Of a DNA stretch of 64,000 bases, positions 61,909 through 64,000 are shown one piece after another. Under the pieces are notes generated by a model. That model was given only the letters and a program-made list of their open reading frames with translations, was not told the origin of the DNA and made no database searches. The translations under genes and the position numbers were made by a program. Every line of letters begins with the position of its first letter. Position 1 is the first letter of the stretch. The stretch comes from an uncultured delta proteobacterium (GTDB lineage: Bacteria > Desulfobacterota > Desulfomonilia > UBA1062), in NCBI GenBank assembly GCA_963752595.1, contig CAVVYZ010000013.1:32001-96000 (forward strand), in the 5' to 3' direction.

Positions 61909-62457
61909 TCAGTCATCCGGCATCCCTCTGGGATCTCCGGGTATTCTGGATCCGGGCAGCCTGATAGATTGAGGGGGCAGCACTGTTTCTGTTTCCGGCG
62001 GTACAACCGCAGCATTCGCCTGAAGCTGCTGCAGCTCCTTCTGTCCGGCCCGGATCTCCGCTTGTTTATCGGTCATCATCTGCCGGAGTCCATTGGCCTG
62101 GGCCTGCGATTTATTGAGCTTTGCCTGCCATTCCTTCATCGCCTTGTCATACGCTTGCCAGGCTTTGCTGTCGTTCCCTCGAGGGGTTTCAGGTTTGCTG
62201 CCCAGGAGGGAGTTCTGTTCTTTCATGGCTGCATCGAGCTGCGGCTGTATTGCCTGCAGCTCCGCCTGTAATTGCTTGATCTGCGAGTGAAGGGCTTGAA
62301 TCCGTGCTTGAACCGACGTGGCTCCCTCGGCGGAAGCCTGAGAAGAAGAGCTCCCCGTGGGAATCCCGCCGTGGGTTTGGGAGCGAGCATCGCTAAAGGT
62401 CATGATTATTGCCAGGAAGCATGAAAATATGACGAGAGGGTAACAGCTTTGTTTCAT
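61909..62457 (-). CDS. Hypothetical secreted coiled-coil protein
   Basis: Signal peptide, Ser-rich linker, Gln-rich heptads, Pro-rich tail, and a GGAGG RBS. Confidence 0.7.
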   Translation of the reverse strand: MKQSCYPLVIFSCFLAIIMTFSDARSQTHGGIPTGSSSSQASAEGATSVQARIQALHSQIKQLQAELQAIQPQLDAAMKEQNSLLGSKPETPRGNDSKAWQAYDKAMKEWQAKLNKSQAQANGLRQMMTDKQAEIRAGQKELQQLQANAAVVPPETETVLPPQSIRLPGSRIPGDPRGMPDD

Positions 62458-62520
62458 CGGTTCCTCCTTAACCTCCTTCATAAGACGTCATCCGCTTTCT
62501 TAAAGAGCCTGAAGCGGAAA

Positions 62521-63483
62521 TTACAAAAAAGCCGGCTCTTCCGCACCGGCATAATCCCCCTGCATGGTTTCCTCGCCGGGTTTGTACACCCTGATCCCTT
62601 CGGCGGAGAACAGCTGTTCGACGGTTAAAAGTTCTGCATTCGTGGGCACGCGGAATTCAGGGCCGGCCGGGAGCCCCAGCCATCGGCGCTTGTTCGCCCC
62701 CATGGGATGATAGGGCACGACAGTCAGGAAAGGTATTCCCAGCCCGCGGAGAAAGCTTGCCCAGCCTTTGATGTTTTCCTGCCCGTCCGTCATCCCCGGT
62801 ACAAGAGGAAGGCGCGGCCGGATCAGAGGGCCCTCGTGCCTGCCCCGGGCCTCTGCAAGGGATTTGAGGTTCTGCTTGATCACCGTGTTATCAACGCCGC
62901 ATACCCGGTGGTGCTGCTCGCTGTCATAGATTTTTATGTCGTAGAGCACGACCTGGAGCTCCCGAACCAGGGGCGAAAGCTTCTCCATATCAAAGAACCC
63001 GCAGGTCTCCAGTGCTGCATCGATGCCTTCTTGGCGCAGCAACCCTGCCAGCCTGGTTGTAAACTCCGGATAGAGTGAAGGCTCGCCGCCCGTAAAGGTC
63101 ACGCCGCCTCCTGAGGTCTTGAACAGGGGGAACTCGGGCCGCAGCTCCTCCACGATCTCCTCCGGGGTCCGATGAATGCCGAAACGCGTCATGGCGCCCG
63201 AAGGGCAGCTTTCGGTGCAGGCAAAGCAGAGGCGGCACACTTTCACATCCCGTTTCCCGACTTCTGCCAGGGCATGCTCCGGACAATTTTCCACACAGGT
63301 GCCGCAGTTGATGCAGAGTGCGGGTTTGAAGGCGATCTCGATTTCAGCTTTCCAGGATTCGACGTTCTGGCACCAGGGGCAGCGCAGGGGGCAGCCCTTG
63401 AAAAACACCAGGCTCCGTATGCCGGGGCCGTCATGGAGGCAGAAATGCTGCAGCGAGAAGATGAGCGGCTCAGCCGAGCCCAT
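62521..63483 (-). CDS. Glycyl-radical enzyme activating protein (radical SAM with ferredoxin insert)
   Basis: HDGPGIR, CPLRCPWC, CINCGTCVENCP, CRLCFACTESCP, GGVTFTGGEP, PYH. Confidence 0.94.
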   Translation of the reverse strand: MGSAEPLIFSLQHFCLHDGPGIRSLVFFKGCPLRCPWCQNVESWKAEIEIAFKPALCINCGTCVENCPEHALAEVGKRDVKVCRLCFACTESCPSGAMTRFGIHRTPEEIVEELRPEFPLFKTSGGGVTFTGGEPSLYPEFTTRLAGLLRQEGIDAALETCGFFDMEKLSPLVRELQVVLYDIKIYDSEQHHRVCGVDNTVIKQNLKSLAEARGRHEGPLIRPRLPLVPGMTDGQENIKGWASFLRGLGIPFLTVVPYHPMGANKRRWLGLPAGPEFRVPTNAELLTVEQLFSAEGIRVYKPGEETMQGDYAGAEEPAFL

Positions 63484-64000
63484 GGGCCGTCCTCTCGATG
63501 ATCTCGTCCTGCACATCGGGCTGGAGGTCATTGAAATAGGCGCAGTACCCGGCCACGCGCACCACGATCCCCGGGTGGGAGGCAGGGTCTTTCTTCGCCG
63601 CCTTCAGCGTCTCTGCATCGAGCACGTTCACCTGAACCTGCATGCCGCCCTGGGCGAAATAGTTCCTGAAGAGGCTCATCAGGGCATTGCGTCCTGTTTC
63701 TCCCTGGACGGTCTGCTTCTCGAATTTGAGGTTCAGGGCACAGCAGTTCATCCACTTTCTGCTGTCCAGGGAGACGGCCGAACGCAGGACGGCAGTCGGC
63801 CCCAGGTGATCGGAGCCGTCTGACGGGGCAAGCCCGTTGGAGAGGCGCCGTCCGGCCAACCGCCCGTTGGGCAAAGCGCCGGTCACGCGGCCGAAGCCGA
63901 TGTGGCAGGTCATGGAGTAGAACCCCGGCACGTACTGCCCGCCGCGCGTGTTCTTATTCGCCCACAACGCATCGGCAAAGGCATCGGCGGCGAGCTGGGT
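63470..64000 (-). CDS. Glycyl-radical enzyme (PFL-like family), C-terminal part; 5' end outside the window
   Basis: PNGR.AG..LSNG, QVNVLD, glycyl loop VRVAGYCAYF, QDEIIERT. Confidence 0.94.
   Translation of the reverse strand, partial: TQLAADAFADALWANKNTRGGQYVPGFYSMTCHIGFGRVTGALPNGRLAGRRLSNGLAPSDGSDHLGPTAVLRSAVSLDSRKWMNCCALNLKFEKQTVQGETGRNALMSLFRNYFAQGGMQVQVNVLDAETLKAAKKDPASHPGIVVRVAGYCAYFNDLQPDVQDEIIERTAHGLG

Noticed and set aside
1-64000. CRISPR arrays, tRNA or rRNA genes
   Set aside because: No regularly spaced repeats or cloverleaf/rRNA signatures were seen in any intergenic region by manual reading.

Overview
A 64-kb bacterial chromosomal segment. Gene content suggests an anaerobic Desulfobacterota (deltaproteobacterium)-like organism, which is an inference: SUF-like minimal Fe-S pair, AOR-family oxidoreductase, 2-hydroxyacyl-CoA dehydratase subunits, NikR-Cbi/NikMNQO, glycyl-radical enzyme plus activase, hemerythrin and Fe-SOD. 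I call about 55 CDS, mostly housekeeping, transport, envelope and regulatory genes. I saw no rRNA, tRNA, CRISPR array or recognisable mobile element. Many genes are split by small indels in local clusters (typA, NYN, two ABC operons, FG-GAP, acyl-CoA synthetase, MCP), most likely long-read consensus errors. The best finding is a deiodinase-like selenoprotein at 54470-55339 (-) that the ORF track splits in two: an in-frame UGA in FGSIS-U-P, followed 11 nt later by a bacterial SECIS-type hairpin (CGGCUC-GGUC-GAGCCG). Other notable items are a TPR-like domain fused to an amino-acid ABC permease, a dihaem cytochrome c joined to an internally deleted PQQ dehydrogenase, a Cys-rich M23 peptidase, two small proteins missed by the ORF track, and clear operator sites (NikR, TetR, OmpR-type).
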